From: Raja brachyura
Lineage: Eukaryota
Direction of reading: 5' to 3'
NCBI GenBank assembly: GCA_963514005.1
Contig: OY740821.1
Span: 13,206,001 to 13,270,000 of the forward strand
DNA length: 64,000 nucleotides
Made by a program: the position numbers and the translations under genes. Numbering within the stretch: the stretch's first letter is position 1; every line of letters begins with the position of its first letter. The notes under the pieces were generated by a model. That model was not told the origin of the DNA, did not search any database, and worked only from the letters and a program-made list of their open reading frames with translations. Positions 12,596 to 27,222 of the stretch are shown here, one piece after another.

Positions 12596-15500
12596 AGTTC
12601 TTCAGGGATAACCCTAGACTGAATGCGAATTGAGTTCATGATTGGTTTTGCCATAAGTTTCACGATTGAGCACAGAACAGCAATCAAAAGCTGGAACCAT
12701 GACTGATATTTCCTGTCGCTAAACATGTTTGTTTTCAGAAATCAACTGCTCTGGACAGCATTTTGCAGCAAGCAGCTTCAAGATTTAAACAATGCCATCA
12801 GATGCATTATATATTGCATTATATTACAGCATCATCTGGAGCCACACACAGATATTTCCAACGGTTTTTTGCGGCTATAAATGTCCATAAAACAAATGTT
12901 TAAAACAGAGTCGTGCAGGGATGAGAAGTGTTGGTGTTGCACTGCAAAATGTGCCAGTCAGTGGGTATATGTGCCTAATCACTTAAACACCTGTATGAAG
13001 AAAAGTCCTTTAAAAGGGCTATGATTTTAAAAGTGGGCAGACAGTAAACAAATGATAACTCGATTCCAGAGAATCAGTGACAACTGTGAACTACTCAATT
13101 TCCAAGGAGTACAGAGAAACCAATTTATGAATATACAACAATTTCAAAACTTAATTTCTGCAGATAAAACTGTAAATTATCAATATTCTGATATCTTCAT
13201 TAGTCAGTGGTTAAAAACTGCAGAAAACTTTCAGTTAAAACCATCATAGCGACAGCCACAGGAATCTTAGTAAAACTCAACTACTCACTAATATTCTGTT
13301 TAGCAGATTCCTAAACACCACTGCAAATATTCAAAATATTAGTAACAGAATTAAATGAGTTTACAACTATGTTTGTTAATGCTGAGTTATTACATCTATA
13401 GCACAGGTTTACTGCAAATGGCAATTACATTCTTGGTGTCATCTCAATTTATTCGATATTCACTAAAATGTCACACTGGAATTTGAATGTATAGTCTCCC
13501 TCTTACTTGTCAAATTCATTATTACTATGCTACCACTCCTCCAGATCATACTGTGAACAATAATTTATTAGCTTACACGTGTTTTCACCAAACAGAACAA
13601 CTTTTTACAATTATCAAATCAATTACTTATAGTGTCATATGGTCATTTGTCCCCTCTACTCTCCCTTACAGTGGCCATATCCTATTCCCTGGTTAAGGTG
13701 GTGAATGGGCAACTAAACGTACTCACAAGACTTCAATGTGGAAATTGTTAAGGCAACAGTAATTTTTCTGTTCCCGTGTCATCTCCCGTCAGAGATTCCT
13801 TCAACATTGTTGAAATGTGGGAATCACAGGCAAAGAAAAATGGCCTACATTGTACAATCTCCTTGATTCATCACATGATAACAACCCTCTGTGCCATAGG
13901 GGCTTGCCCATTCTGGATTTGTCCTCGAAATCACATTCTCTTTGATTAGGGCATCATTGAGAACATGGCTCTTGTGACATCCTGCTCCTGCACTCTTTAA
14001 AAGGTCCAGGACCTTGGCAAAAATTTCAGCTTTTTTTGATCTACAAAAACTTAGAAATGATTCCATTAACATATCCACAACCATCTAACAAGATATAACG
14101 GGTAAGAGGGGATGGCGATGTACAAAGAATGAGGACGACTTTACCAGGTGACAACTTCATCGACATGCAAGCAGCCCTCACACAATGAAGGAATCACATC
14201 AGCACAGCACTTGCAAAGAAAGGCCCTCACTGCAACGCTATACGCTCTACTGCCAAAACAGACAAGAAAAACCCTGAAGGCTGCCCAAATTTCACTGTGT
14301 AATGTCTGGTAAATGTGCAAGAGTGCAATATGCCAAGAAAAACTGATGAAGAAAAGCCCAAGTAACATGATTTACAACAAAGCAGTTTTAAAACAATCAG
14401 TTTGAAAAATGTTTCAATTGCAGTCCATGAGATTATACTTTTTTTTTCTTGAGAAATACAATGGACTGCGTCTCAAATATTTTGACAGACTTAAGCAAGG
14501 AACATTCCTGTAAACCCACTTTTGTTTTAAGAAAATGGATGACCCGAATAACCCAATATTTATTTGCCATCTCCAGGAGAATCGAGTCAATTAAACAGTT
14601 TGAGACATATAGACACGATTTCCTTCTTTGAAGGACATGAATGAAGCAGATGAGTCTTCACAAGAATCCTGCTGGTGCTAATCAATAAATGACCAGCAAC
14701 TGAAAGATATCAATTCCTTTCTGGGCTGCCTGGATTAGCCAGTTGATCAAATAAGAATATACTACAGGCTGAGTTACACAGAGGCAGATGCTAGGTACTC
14801 CATAAAGAAGCTAAGAGGGCGAGAAAATCTAAAGGATCCTGTACACAGCTACGGGTAATTGAGAAATCCCCAAGAGATGATTGATTGCAGGATTAGTGCA
14901 ACAACATTCACAGGGATAAACCTCAAAACCAGAAGGGTTCTGTCACTTAATGCAAGCGAACAGGATTTTTGAGGAAGTAGCGCAAAGGTCGTTTGACCAA
15001 TTGGCCACAGGTAATAGGTGTGAAAATCCGATATTTACTGCTAAAAAAACATACTGAAAGTCAACGATTTTCAGAGACACTTTGTTTCGGATAGAGTCTT
15101 GATCAGAAGTGGGTATACCAATAATTTAAATGTATAACGCATGAAAAAAAGCTGGTGCAGAATGCAAATGAAGACAGCTATACTGGATAACTGCCCTTTA
15201 AGCTGCTGACTGCGATCAGTTATGATCTACGTGGGTATGTGAGCTCAAAGTTGTAGAACTCATTAGGGTCTCATTAAAATCAATGGTGGGATAGATTATG
15301 CGGTCTTGACGCCACTGTAATTCTTAAAGTCATTCAGGGCTGTGACAGAATGGCTCTCAGGCTCAGGCCAGTAAGTGAATTGTTCAACAGGTTCCCCAAG
15401 GGGAGGACTTCTTTACAGATTTTATTAGAATCTGAAGCCTGAACAGAGTAGAATAACAAGTGTTTTGAAAGCCAGACATGTTCCTATTTTCACCAAAACT

Positions 15501-16225
15501 GATACAAAAAAGTTAATAAATATAGCGAGTTGTGCACTAAACAAGCATTATTGTATGTAATGAAATATACTTGGGGATCAAGCACAGCTTCTGGGACCAT
15601 GTCAGGCATTTAGGTTCCCTACTTAATGCAGATTTATATATCTACACTGCCTTTTCAGTATAACCTCAAATTAAATTATACTGTGATAGTCTGTCCATAT
15701 TGTAACATCCTTGTATTAACATATTAGAGCTATTGAATCTAAAATTGTCATGGCTCAGCGACCTGCTTATTTATCAGACACCGACCACAATTCACTCCTT
15801 TGGTGATGTACTCTACCCTTCATGTAGCACAATGATTGGATATGGTTTGGTCACTAGACTATCAGGGAGACATTGGGTTTTTATACAGTTTGTACAGTAA
15901 GGGGTTAAGGTTTGTCTCCCAAGAGGTGTTCTTAATAATGCCATTAAACACCGACACATTTGCAACTCCATTGTATAAAACCAGAATGAGACTGAACGAG
16001 CTCCTGTGATTTGCGAGTTAATCCTGAATGATAAAATGCACATTTTCAAACATTAATACACTGCAATGTATCTAAAGTAGTAGCTCTTGTTGACAAGATA
16101 TCTAAGCTAGAAGCAAAATTATGCTGTTGGTTCAGCAACGGTTAGTAAACGGCTCACTATCCCTCTATTATTACCGACATTATTATGTACAGTCCTTTGT
16201 GACACTGATATTGCTGGTTACAGAC

Positions 16226-16375
16226 CTTGCTGAGAAGATGGCTGTGGGGGCTCAGCATTCAGACTCTGCAGGTAGTTGTGGCAACGTTCCTTGTGCTCTT
16301 CCAGTGAACTCTGCTGCTTGTAACTCCGCCCACAGTAGTTACATTTATAAGGTTTGCCGACAGTGGGAGAAGAGA
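16226..16375 (-). CDS. IKZF4: IKZF4 coding exon 5, zinc finger 4 ([51 protein letters not shown])
   Basis: Not in the ORF track; read manually. Acceptor ttttctctctttctag|TC, donor CAAG|gtctgt, 150 nt, phase 1-1. Confidence 0.93.
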
Positions 16376-17564
16376 CTAGAAAGAGAGAAAATGATCAGAT
16401 GAGCATTAATCACGCAACGTCAGATTTAATTAAGATGCTACCTTGAATTGGACATTACATATGAAATTAAAACAGAAAATGCTGGACATTCCAGGCTGAA
16501 AGCCTTCATTACCATGCACGCACTTTCCCCCCATAATAAGCATGTTCTAAAAAAAAAGCAGCATCTGTATATTAACACGAGCTCTAATCAATGGGAACAT
16601 TTATTAATCAATCCAAAATATGCACGTCTCTGATCAAGAGGGGTGACAATAAAATTCATAAGTTTAAGTCATAGGAGTAGAATTAGGCTGTTCGACCCAT
16701 CGAGAATGAGAAATAAATGAGAATAGACAGCCACAGAATAAAAGGAAATAGAATTGTGAGGCAAATGATGATTGAACATGTCAAGGGACTGATGATCAGT
16801 AAAAAAGAGGTAGAATATGTGTTACCAGGGTAGAATATCAGGGGTTTTTTTTTTACAAGAGTTTTAGGAAGGAATGTCCTTGATGTAATCTGAGAGTGTC
16901 ATTAGGGCCTCTACAGAGCTTATGGTAAGGGGAGAAAGCCAAGCTCAGAAATTTTACCTTGGGACTGTGAGAAAGACGAAAGATGAATTTGGGAAGTGAC
17001 ATCCTATTCCCTTGAAAAACACAGTCAGTTATACCACAGGCAGTCATAGAAATTGACAAGCAATTGCATCTCCTGACACTTGTGCCACTTTACTCTATTA
17101 AACAATGTATCAGAAATATTTTAGTATTTTCAGCTTGCAGTAACAAAAATAAACTTAAAGCTAATAAAAAGACCTTTATTTCTGAAAATTCTGCAAAGAA
17201 AAAATTGGTTATCGCGAGTCTGAAACTCTCTAGCATTCAACACCCCCCCCCCCCCATATGACTCTCTTGTTATTAATCATGCGATTTTCTATAACACAAG
17301 GATTCCGAGGAACGTGGCTAACACATTATAACTACCTGTATGTTAAAATTTGATACATCTCCAAAAGAACACAAGAACAAAAATTCAATGCTCTCACTGT
17401 AATAGGACACTAATGTGAATTAATACAATGACTGGAAATGTTTTTGTTGTTCAGATTCAATCACATTTTTGTATCTTCCATAATAGTTATTTGTCAATCG
17501 AGAATCAGGGAGTTACATATTTAAGGCAAGCTGCAGAATAAAATACAACGATATTAGAGAGAAA

Positions 17565-17712
17565 CAGAAGGTAGACAAAAATGATGGAGAAACTCAGCAG
17601 GTGAGGCAGCATCTATGGAGCGAAGGAATAGGCGACGTTTCGGGTCGAGACACTTCTTCAGACCCAAAACTTTTTATCTACCTTTGATTTTTCCAGCATC
17701 TGCAATTCTTTC
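17565..17712 (-). mobile_element. Short Penelope terminal-repeat copy with inverted tail
   Basis: Hammerhead-like core on minus strand 17634-17661 (one stem II mismatch); TSD TTAGAGAGAAA (17554-17564, 17713-17723). Confidence 0.75.
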
Positions 17713-17834
17713 TTAGAGAGAAAAAGTGTAATAATGCTGCAAAAATTCATTTTTCGAACAAATGTCATTGTCGGGCACATCTGAGCTCATCTGCTCGGGT
17801 GCAGCCCACATTCCCGTGGCTAGATTTCAAATTT

Positions 17835-17962
17835 ATAAGTGATAGGAGTAGAATTAGGCCATTTGGCTCATAAAGTCTACTCCAGCATTCAATCATGGCT
17901 GATCTATCTTTCCCTCCGAGCCCCATTCTTCTGCCTTCTCCCCATAACCTCTGACACCTGTG
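17835..17962 (-). mobile_element. Second CR1-like LINE 3' end
   Basis: ATAAGTGATAGGAGTAGAATTAGGCCATT...; related copies at about 16660-16705 and 44027-44215. Confidence 0.65.
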
Positions 17963-18539
17963 CAGAGAGTGCCATGTACATGGATTGATATTTCTATCGT
18001 GCAGTATCAGTTCCTGATGCTTAGATATTCTGATAATATTTCAGGTCAGTTTCTACAGAATTTGATCCAGATTTAAACAACCACATAGACATTCATCCTT
18101 AAGGTTTAACCTCAACCAACTTTTTCTTTTGAACACTTTGAGGGTGGGATTACTTTGGAGGTACATTAATGTGCATAGTCGTTAATCAGTCTGACACTTT
18201 ATCTCTAATTTTGTCATCTTGTGCATCTATAATTTAACAGAAACTACTCAAAGGTTCCAATTCAATAAGTAATACTAATGTTGCAAGTGTCACAATTTTA
18301 GGGAAATGCTTTTATTAATTTTTATGCAATTAAAGCAAAGACAAAACTGAATAATATTTGAATTTTTTTAGGTAATTCACAACTACACACCATCTTGTCT
18401 GTTTTGAAAATTATGTTCACAACATAAACATTCTGTTCTCAATTAAAGTTTATTCTTCATTTTCTTTGTTAGGCTTCAGTTTGAATTTGTACTCCAAATC
18501 AATTAAGCTAATTTGAACAGGAGAAAAAACCCCCACAAG

Positions 18540-18855
18540 TTTTACTTAGTTTAGTTTTAGTTTAGAGATGCAGCACGGAAGCAGGCCCTTCGGCCCAGCG
18601 AGTCCACACTGACCCCCACACACTAACACTATCTTACATGTACTAGGGACAATTGTACACATGCACCAAGCCAATTAACCTACAAACCTGTACATCTTTG
18701 GAGTGTGGGGGAAAACCGAAGATCTTGGAGAAAACCCACATGGTCACGGGGAGAACATACAAACTCTATACAGACAGCACCTATAGTCAGGATGGAACCC
18801 AGGTCTCCGGCACTACAAGCACTGTAAGGCAGCAACTCTACCGCTGCACCACCCT
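18540..18855 (-). mobile_element. tRNA-derived SINE (HE1-like)
   Basis: Same family; (TTTAG)n tail at 18540-18565, head at about 18790-18853. Confidence 0.78.
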
Positions 18856-21800
18856 TGTGCAATTTGTGGAATAAAGCAAACATTCTACGTGCAAGAAAGC
18901 AAATTTACAGTAAAATTCAGGTGAATTGAGTGCAGTTAGAAACACAACCTTCCCACCACCAATGTGTTCAACATGTTCAGGAAACATTCTCATCAGGGTT
19001 CCCATCTGTCACTTATCAAGAAACTTTAATCCCTTTTCCCCTTATCAAGGCCACACCTCTCTACCTTTGCCTTTCCAGAATGGTTCCAAGAAAGGTCACC
19101 TTCTCCCATCTCTTCCATCCACGTGTAACAACGTAGTTTTGTCTAATCTTTGCTGATCTAAGAAACCACCCATGCCTACACTTTTGTCAATTATGTGCCA
19201 CCAATGGTCCCAGCCATCCCCCCCTGGCAGTGCCATCTTAGAGCTTCCACATCCCAGGAACAAACGTCCACTTCCCCCTCTGCCCAAAACAAGCATCTGC
19301 ATCCTACAGCACTTTACCTTCATCACAATGGTTAGTCCTAGAGCTGCTCATCTTTGGCACTTTGAACAAACCAGTCTCCCCTATTCCGCATCCTCAGACA
19401 CCCACAACTTCATCCAGTGTGCCTCCACGTGCTACAATTCCTTTCCTGGTTGAACAGCTTCATCAGAAATGCTCCCACAACCCAACCACTCTTCAAAAAA
19501 CTCTCAACTACCAATCAACAACGCCACATCTACCACATACAATTCATTCCAGTGGCCAGCATCACCTTAAATATCCTGAATATTCTAATGCCTCAATATT
19601 TTGATCGCTCAAAAAAAAAATTGGTAAATTAACTTCCAATGGTAATCAACGTGACTGAGTTGGTTTCCACACAAATAACCACATAGTCCAATTTTACTCC
19701 AAAATTTCTAATAAAACAGGACACATTTTTCACATACCACCCATCTTTGGCGTGTTATTTTCCATCACACAATGATATCTAATGCATTGCAAATAATGCC
19801 ACAGGATAGCCACTAGTAGACTAAAATACTTTGGAGATGACTGGAAATCGTGATAAGAATCATGTTTTTAATGGCTTGTGAACGATACACACGAGAGGAA
19901 GATAATTTATCGGAAATTTCAGTATCAATAGAGGATTGCATTAGAGGCTGACCTATGCCATTGGAATTTGCATTTGACTCCAACTCTCAAGGACAGAAGG
20001 ATGAGCAGTTCAAATGACAGGAGTCAGCCAGTTCAGACCAGGCCAGAGCATTGCCTTACTGAAATAAATGTCAACAAAGCGGGATGTATTAATAGCTTTA
20101 GAGCAGGCACTGGAAATTATTCTGCCTAGTTTATGGTCCTGTCTGGTGAGGATCATAAACTGATTTACTATTATAAACTAATTACAGGCCACTTACCCAA
20201 CTAATCTCATGATGCCAAATAACTGGATTTTTCATAGGCATCCCTGTCCACTACACGTTATGTAGCAGTTGGCCAAAACCTCATTCTATGCCTTTACTCC
20301 AGAAAGGGGTTTTGTGCAGACCAAGCACTTCCCATACCCAATGTGAAATGGTTTAACGTCACTTTAAAGAAAAGCCCAACTAATCTACACTGCAACGTGC
20401 AATAGGAACACAACATATTGATAATATGTTGCACAAAGGGACATGCAGGGTTATTGCATTTATCCAAAAAAGAGTGTGTCATACACCCCCTCAAACCTGC
20501 TCTGCCACTCAATACGACCAACTATACTTGATTGCCAAATTCCAATAACCCTAGATTGCCCTGCAATCCAAAACCTCTCTAAACCTTGGAATATACATTA
20601 ATTGACTTGGCATTCAAAGCTCTGAGCTGGAAAATTCCAAAGATCTGCACAAACTATTTAAAAGATGCATGTGGTACAAATTCATCCTTGAAGGCTTTCA
20701 CTGAAAAAAGACTTGACCAACAACAATTAGAGAGAGGAAAAATAAAACTCTTGTAATGCAGAAATTTAAATTAGGATAAAACAACACTGAAGAAACCAGC
20801 TGTAATCTTCACATTTTTTTTGCAATTATACAGATTATAAACTGATTTGCTACTTGAATGGAAGTCTATCGTTTAATAAAGCTCAATCCCCTCTATGCCA
20901 AATTCCTGATGAAATGCGATCTCACAGATTTGTTAAAAATTGTTATTGTGGCAGTGGGAGCCCAAATGGCCCGTCTCCAGGGAAAAAGGAGGAAATACAA
21001 CAGGGGCACTGATTTCTATTTAGTAATTCACACAGGGCTAATAAATTGCATGTTGACGTCTGCTGAGAGTAGAATCAGGCTCAGCTGTCATGCTACTGCA
21101 CTCAATTACTTTGCTGAAACCCAGTGAATACTCTCACACGTAGACAATCACTTAGACAAGGAGGATGTGAAGTCACATCAGCGTGAATCAGCATTCACGG
21201 GAAAGGGGGAAAAAAAAAAACTAGAAGACGAAACCGAAGATTTATTTTTAAAAATGGGAATAAATTAAACGTAATTTAAATTCAATTTTTTAACCTTAAA
21301 CCATAAATTTACAAAAGCCAACAAAATGACCAATTCGAAGTGGACAATGCTGATTAAAAAACCCCAGATAGAAGATAGAATAGGAGTAGTTGTACAGAAT
21401 TTGCGAAGATAGAAAGAATCATAACACCGAGCAAAATAGCTTAGTCTTGTGGCTGCATGCAAAGAACTATCCTTCACGGTGAACAGTCTGTCTGAATTTT
21501 CAGCATCTTCTGGAAAATGTGATATTTGAACCTCATGTGACATTGATATAACACTCACTGGCTTAGACAGGTAAGTGACACATGATAAAGTGCACAAATG
21601 GCAGAAAGTACCATATATTTACAGTAAACTTTCACCAAAGAAGGCAATGTTATCAAGTAACGAACAACAATATATTAACAGCACACTCAATTGAGAATGA
21701 AGTTCGTTGCTTTTTATTTCAAAATGATCGTTTAGAATACCGAACAATGGAAGGTAGTGCCGAGAATACTTCAACTCAATCCTCTGTCTCGATGGTAACA

Positions 21801-23432
21801 TTTAATATCGTGCATTCAATTGCATTGTATTTTATCTGGACATTTGCACATTAAGTTTGAACGTAACGAACATTTTAAACACACCATTAGGCCATAGTAG
21901 GGGTTAATAAGATTGGTTAGTTGGAATGGGTTTTTTTTTTTGCTTGAAAAATGATATCCTGCAATTGCACAGAAGATGCTGCAGGAAATGCAGTGAATAT
22001 TGGGAGTGATTGAAAAGTTCATAGGGGGGAAGAAAACGTTCTTGATATTGCCACTATGCTGGAAGTTGCAAAAATGGCATTGGATGATGGGATGAATAAG
22101 TGTGGGAGCTAACAGGTCCATTATGGCTCGGGTAAGATATGTTATCCATGACAAAACAGCTTTGAAGACCACAGGCCTAGGTCTTGTTCTCCAATTAATT
22201 TCACTGAGAAAAGACAATTCCAATACAAGCTGGCTGGACATGAATAAATACCTTTCCTTCAATAAATTCCAAATAATCACAAATGTATTGCATTCACTTT
22301 TGCCAATCACAAGATGGCATTACACAAATTCATGTAGATTTGTTATAGAAGCTCAGTTGATCAGCAATACAAACCCAGCAAAAGGAACAAGCTACATTGA
22401 GTAATTGTATGCCACCTAATTTAATTAACTAAAACACATAATGAAGTATTCTAACCAAGGCTTGCAGGATTCACCGATCATTTGCACAAGCCTTAAATGA
22501 TCATCTACCGCAGGTAGTGAACTAACTATGAAGTGCTTTGGGATGTTAGTTTCATCAGCTATTAAAGGCACCATGTAATCTCCCCAAATTCGGTTTTAAT
22601 GTTAAGCTGGGAATTTTCCCCATTCTAGAGGTAAAAGAGGCTCCGGAGCATTAAATTCAAAGAAAACATCTCGCTGGGCTTGTGCTCAGCCACAATAAAA
22701 TATACAAGTTTCGATCACCCAGCAAATCTGCCATTTATCATCACCGCCCACCCCAATGCATAAACGGTATTTAAGACAGTGCCAGCCCTTGCATTAAAGG
22801 TTAAAGAGCACGTTGGCTTACATGATTTACTTTAGAAAAAAAGGTATTTGTAACCCAGCTGATTTTATCTTGTGAACTACCACCTAGCATGGCTGTATAA
22901 GGTAAAACACAATAATTTAGGGGATTTTAAATTTAGGGGATTTTTTTCTTCTCAGTCTGTTTTTACAGAAAAAAAGTGGTACCTGATCAACTGGCAAGAA
23001 CGAAAAGACCACAGATATCTCCATTTCAGAACTGCATATCACAACCAACTGGCACAAATCAGTTGAGCTGCTACCCAAAGGCATATTTACGTAATTGAAT
23101 GTTGTTAAAAGATTCCATTGAGAAAATATTCTTAATTTAATTTTCTCCCTTAAAAAAATATGTAGATCTAAAATTCAGTGTTTGCAGTTGATGCAAAAAA
23201 TTGGGACAGAAAGTTACTTTACTACCAAGCTTTCTTTCAACAGACCAGTTAATATGTTTTCTTCAGGAATTCTACTCAATTTCAGTAATTCATGTGGAAA
23301 CGGGGAAACCAGAGAAAATAGGCAACAAATATCTCCCAGGGAGTTAACAGCATACTTGCAAACCTCACAGACAGCAACCCAACACATTACAATTTGCACT
23401 CTTAATTGTAGCTGGTTATGCTAATTGTGTGT

Positions 23433-23558
23433 AAGAAAGAACTGCAGATGCTGGTTTAAATCAAAGGTAGACACAAAATGCTGGCGTAACTCAGCAGGAC
23501 AGGCAGCATCTCTGAAGAGAAGGAATGGGTAACGTTTCGAGTCGAGACCCTTCTTCAG
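23433..23558 (-). mobile_element. Short Penelope terminal-repeat copy, hammerhead core 23531-23558
   Basis: Reverse complement reads CTGAAGA A GGGT CTCG ACTC GAAA CGTT followed by the family tail. Confidence 0.78.
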
Positions 23559-24450
23559 TTAATTGCGCATGTTTTCATGTCCTTTGTGGCTCAATTAATT
23601 TGTGGCACAAGAATCATTATTAATTTTCCAGGTATGTCTGCTCTTATCCTTGACATTCTTCAGTCTGGTTTTTGTTTGGTTATTTAATGAAACTCCTCGA
23701 CAAGTATATCAATGATCTGTGAAGTGCCTTTGCCACACCTATTCCACTTATCTACTATTCTATGTGAAGGATTGGGCATGGATGTTATTTTATTGTAGTC
23801 TTATGTTCAAAACAAGTTCTAAGTTTACCAATAATTACACGCCAATGCACCTCATCTTCTATCCTGTAAGAATGACTTATTATTCAGTCATGTTCCCTGC
23901 AAGATTAGATAACCAATTTCTATCCCCCACGCTGCTTGAGCATTGACAAAAAACAGCTTGGTAAGTGCGAGCTTCCAATGTAAACATCAATATACATCTT
24001 GCCCTGGTAATGTCCATATCTACAGGAGCCTCAAACATCACCTCATGACACAAAATTAGAGATAACAATGTAAAGAGGTTTCAAGGGGATATAGCCAACA
24101 GATGCTAATGGATCAGAATACAGAACATAATACGAGATCTTTAACTTTGGTAGATAAAACAAAAGAGCAGATTTAATTATTATTATTTTTTTTTTAAATG
24201 GTGGCAGATTAGGAAACATTACTGCCTACAATTCAAGGACAGTAAACGTGCAGATGCAACAAACAATTAGGAAGGCAAATAGTGCGCTGGCCAATACTAC
24301 AAGAGGATTTAAATACAGAAGTATATATGTCACGCTTCATTGTTTTTGGAGTGTATTAACTTCCCTTTTAATCTTTGAAACAGCTGCTGTACAAAGAATT
24401 TAACATGAAGTTCACTTGTTGCCCCTCTCAGAACAGGATTCCACCCACTA

Positions 24451-24816
<366 letters not shown>

Positions 24817-25631
24817 TTAGAACGTGTCAAATAGACCAAGTGGCAATAGTAAACTAAAGAAATAATTTGTGTGCATAAGACATGATCATATCTCAGGGCA
24901 CTCCAATTAATTTCTATGGACCACAGACACTTGTTTAAATGCAGCAGCCATTTTATGCACAGTAAAGATCTCACATACAGATGAAATGAGCAAGCAGTTG
25001 ACAATTTTCATTGCAGCTAGATACGCTTGTTACATTTCCTGGCTTTTAACTGGTGCCCATCGATTCAACATCCACCTGCAACACTTAAAATTGTGCAAGT
25101 GTGATGCTGAAGTGTAATGCAGGAAGACTCATCCAAAGATTGTGGCACCTGTCTGGTGCTGCATTCCAGACTTTTTACTCAAGCGTTGGATGAGGTCTGG
25201 ATAGAGAACCTTCAGATGCAAGAATTCTGCCAACTAAACCAGTGAATGAAAATAACTTCCAGATAAACCAAACACGCCAACGTGATGTTAATGTCCAGTT
25301 GAATAGTTGGTCAGACTGTCAGGTACAACCTGGCCCTTATGCTATTGACAATAGCAGCATTTAAATGGAATACAAGGAACACAGTCAAAAGATATCGAAA
25401 GCACCAACCGAGCCTTTTAACACGAGTGGCATCAAAAGTGACTACATATTTACGTCAACCAATCTAAGAGATGCTCAAATCCACTCATTTCAAGTTGCAA
25501 TTAGATGTAGACACAAAAAAGTACAGGTGCTGGAACCTGGAACAAAAAAAATATGAACCCTCCAAGGAACAGTGATTTCAGCGTTCTTGCCATAGATCGG
25601 TCAAAACTGAACAGAAAACACATTTCATTAG

Positions 25632-25900
25632 CAAAACACAAAAACTGCTGGAGGAACTCAGTGGGTCAGGCCACATTTGTGGAGGAAAAATGATAGATAA
25701 TGTTTTGAGCCAGGACCCTTCTTCAGACTCGGTCAAACTAGTTGTTGCATAGATCACAAGATGAAAAATGCACTGGAGGTAGTTATATAGTGCTGACTCA
25801 AAATGTCACCTGTGCATCTCCCTCCATGGATGCCTGCTGGCCTGCTGAGTTCCTCTAGCAGTTTGTTTTTTTTTGCTCAAGATTCCAGCATTTACAGTCA
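25632..25900. mobile_element. Diverged inverted pair of Penelope terminal-repeat copies
   Basis: TGCTGGAGGAACTCAGTGGGTCAGG...CCCTTCTTCAGACT followed by the complementary GCCTGCTGAGTTCCTCTAGCAG. Confidence 0.65.
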
Positions 25901-26609
25901 ACACGTTTCATGAGACATCTTTCTGTGAACACAGCATGGTGGTAATAAACAATTCTACATTTCTTCCAGTAAATTTTGTGCTCGTGCTGAGGGACACCAA
26001 TACTGGGAAAATAATTTTATTGAGGGGGAAAAAAAAACACCTTGCAATTGGCAACCACAGGTCTAATATTGCATAGGTCTGGCGCAGGATAAAACCTTCT
26101 GCCTCAACAACTACAGAAACACTACTCCTGCTGTATCAGTAATTATTTCCATTCCCCATGCCTCAAACCTTCACTGAATTTAATGGCAACTCATTGTAGT
26201 CGTGCGCTGTGAAACCAAAGCAGCCCCAAATTGGTTACATTTTAAGGTCGTAGTTACGTTGCAGAAGTCCTCTTATGGGTCAAGAAAGAAAAAGCAAAAT
26301 AGCAAGAACCAAAAAAAAAAGATGCTGCAAGATCATTTGCAGGAAGTTTTCACAAAGGAAATGTATATATGTGCAAGCTGAATTCTGTTGGCCTCAACAA
26401 GTTCAGTTGCCAGAGCTGATTGCACATAGCAACTTCCATCTGTTTGCTCAAATAGGTGCCTACATTCTGCTCCCAGGGGCAGAAATAAATGCCCAAACTT
26501 CATGGGAAAATAAATCAACAAGTGAGTTCAAATAACTGCCACCACAGATAGAGACTTTAAATCCCCACGATACGTCACTCCATTTCCTTATTTGTGTAAA
26601 CATACTTAC

Positions 26610-26870
26610 CAGTGTGGCTCCTCTTATGTACCATAAGAACATTCGGTCCGATGCAGACCATTCCGCATAGATCACACTTCAGTTTTCCATTTGGAAGGCG
26701 AATCCCTCCAGGAGAATGAGGTCCCTGCCCCGTCCCCTCACAGAATCCTAGCGGCTCCATCAAAGACTCATCCGCAATGACTGCTTCATCTTTATCACTA
26801 GCGCCATCCTCCTGTGCCAGAAGTTTCCCTGCCTCTTCATCGCTGCACATCTCAACCTTGATGGAGTTGG
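26610..26870 (-). CDS. IKZF4: IKZF4 coding exon 3, zinc finger 1 ([13 protein letters not shown]...[25 protein letters not shown])
   Basis: Acceptor tttgcag|CC, donor ACTG|gtaagt, 261 nt; overlaps ORF 26575..26850. Confidence 0.95.
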
Positions 26871-27169
26871 CTGCAAATGAACATCAGAAATGTCAGATGG
26901 AGCCATAAGATGACAGGGCTAGCTAGACACACACCAAGTACGGGTGTTGTTCAAGGTGAGCCAGGTGGCAACAAGTGTGCAGCAATCAAACTTTCAGCGC
27001 CCTCGTGGAGTCAAATATCTGCAAGCTTGAAGCAAGAGAGGACCCAGCACTACAGGTGACCCAATGCCAAATCTCACACGGGAGATGGCTGCTCACAAAA
27101 AATGTGGGAAGAAAAAAAAATCCAATTCTACAGTACTGTTGTCCTTCAGCTTACGAGCACACAGTGACC

Positions 27170-27222
27170 ATCTATCTATATCTATATATCTATGTGTATG
27201 TATGTATATGTATATATATATG
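27170..27222. repeat. Compound microsatellite (TCTA)n/(TGTA)n/(TA)n
   Basis: Directly visible in the sequence. Confidence 0.85.

Noticed and set aside
21816-22310. 164-aa minus-strand ORF with CHFC and CISC motifs, as a possible extra zinc-finger exon
   Set aside because: No C2H2 spacing or His pair and no convincing splice sites; the IKZF4 frame is complete without it.
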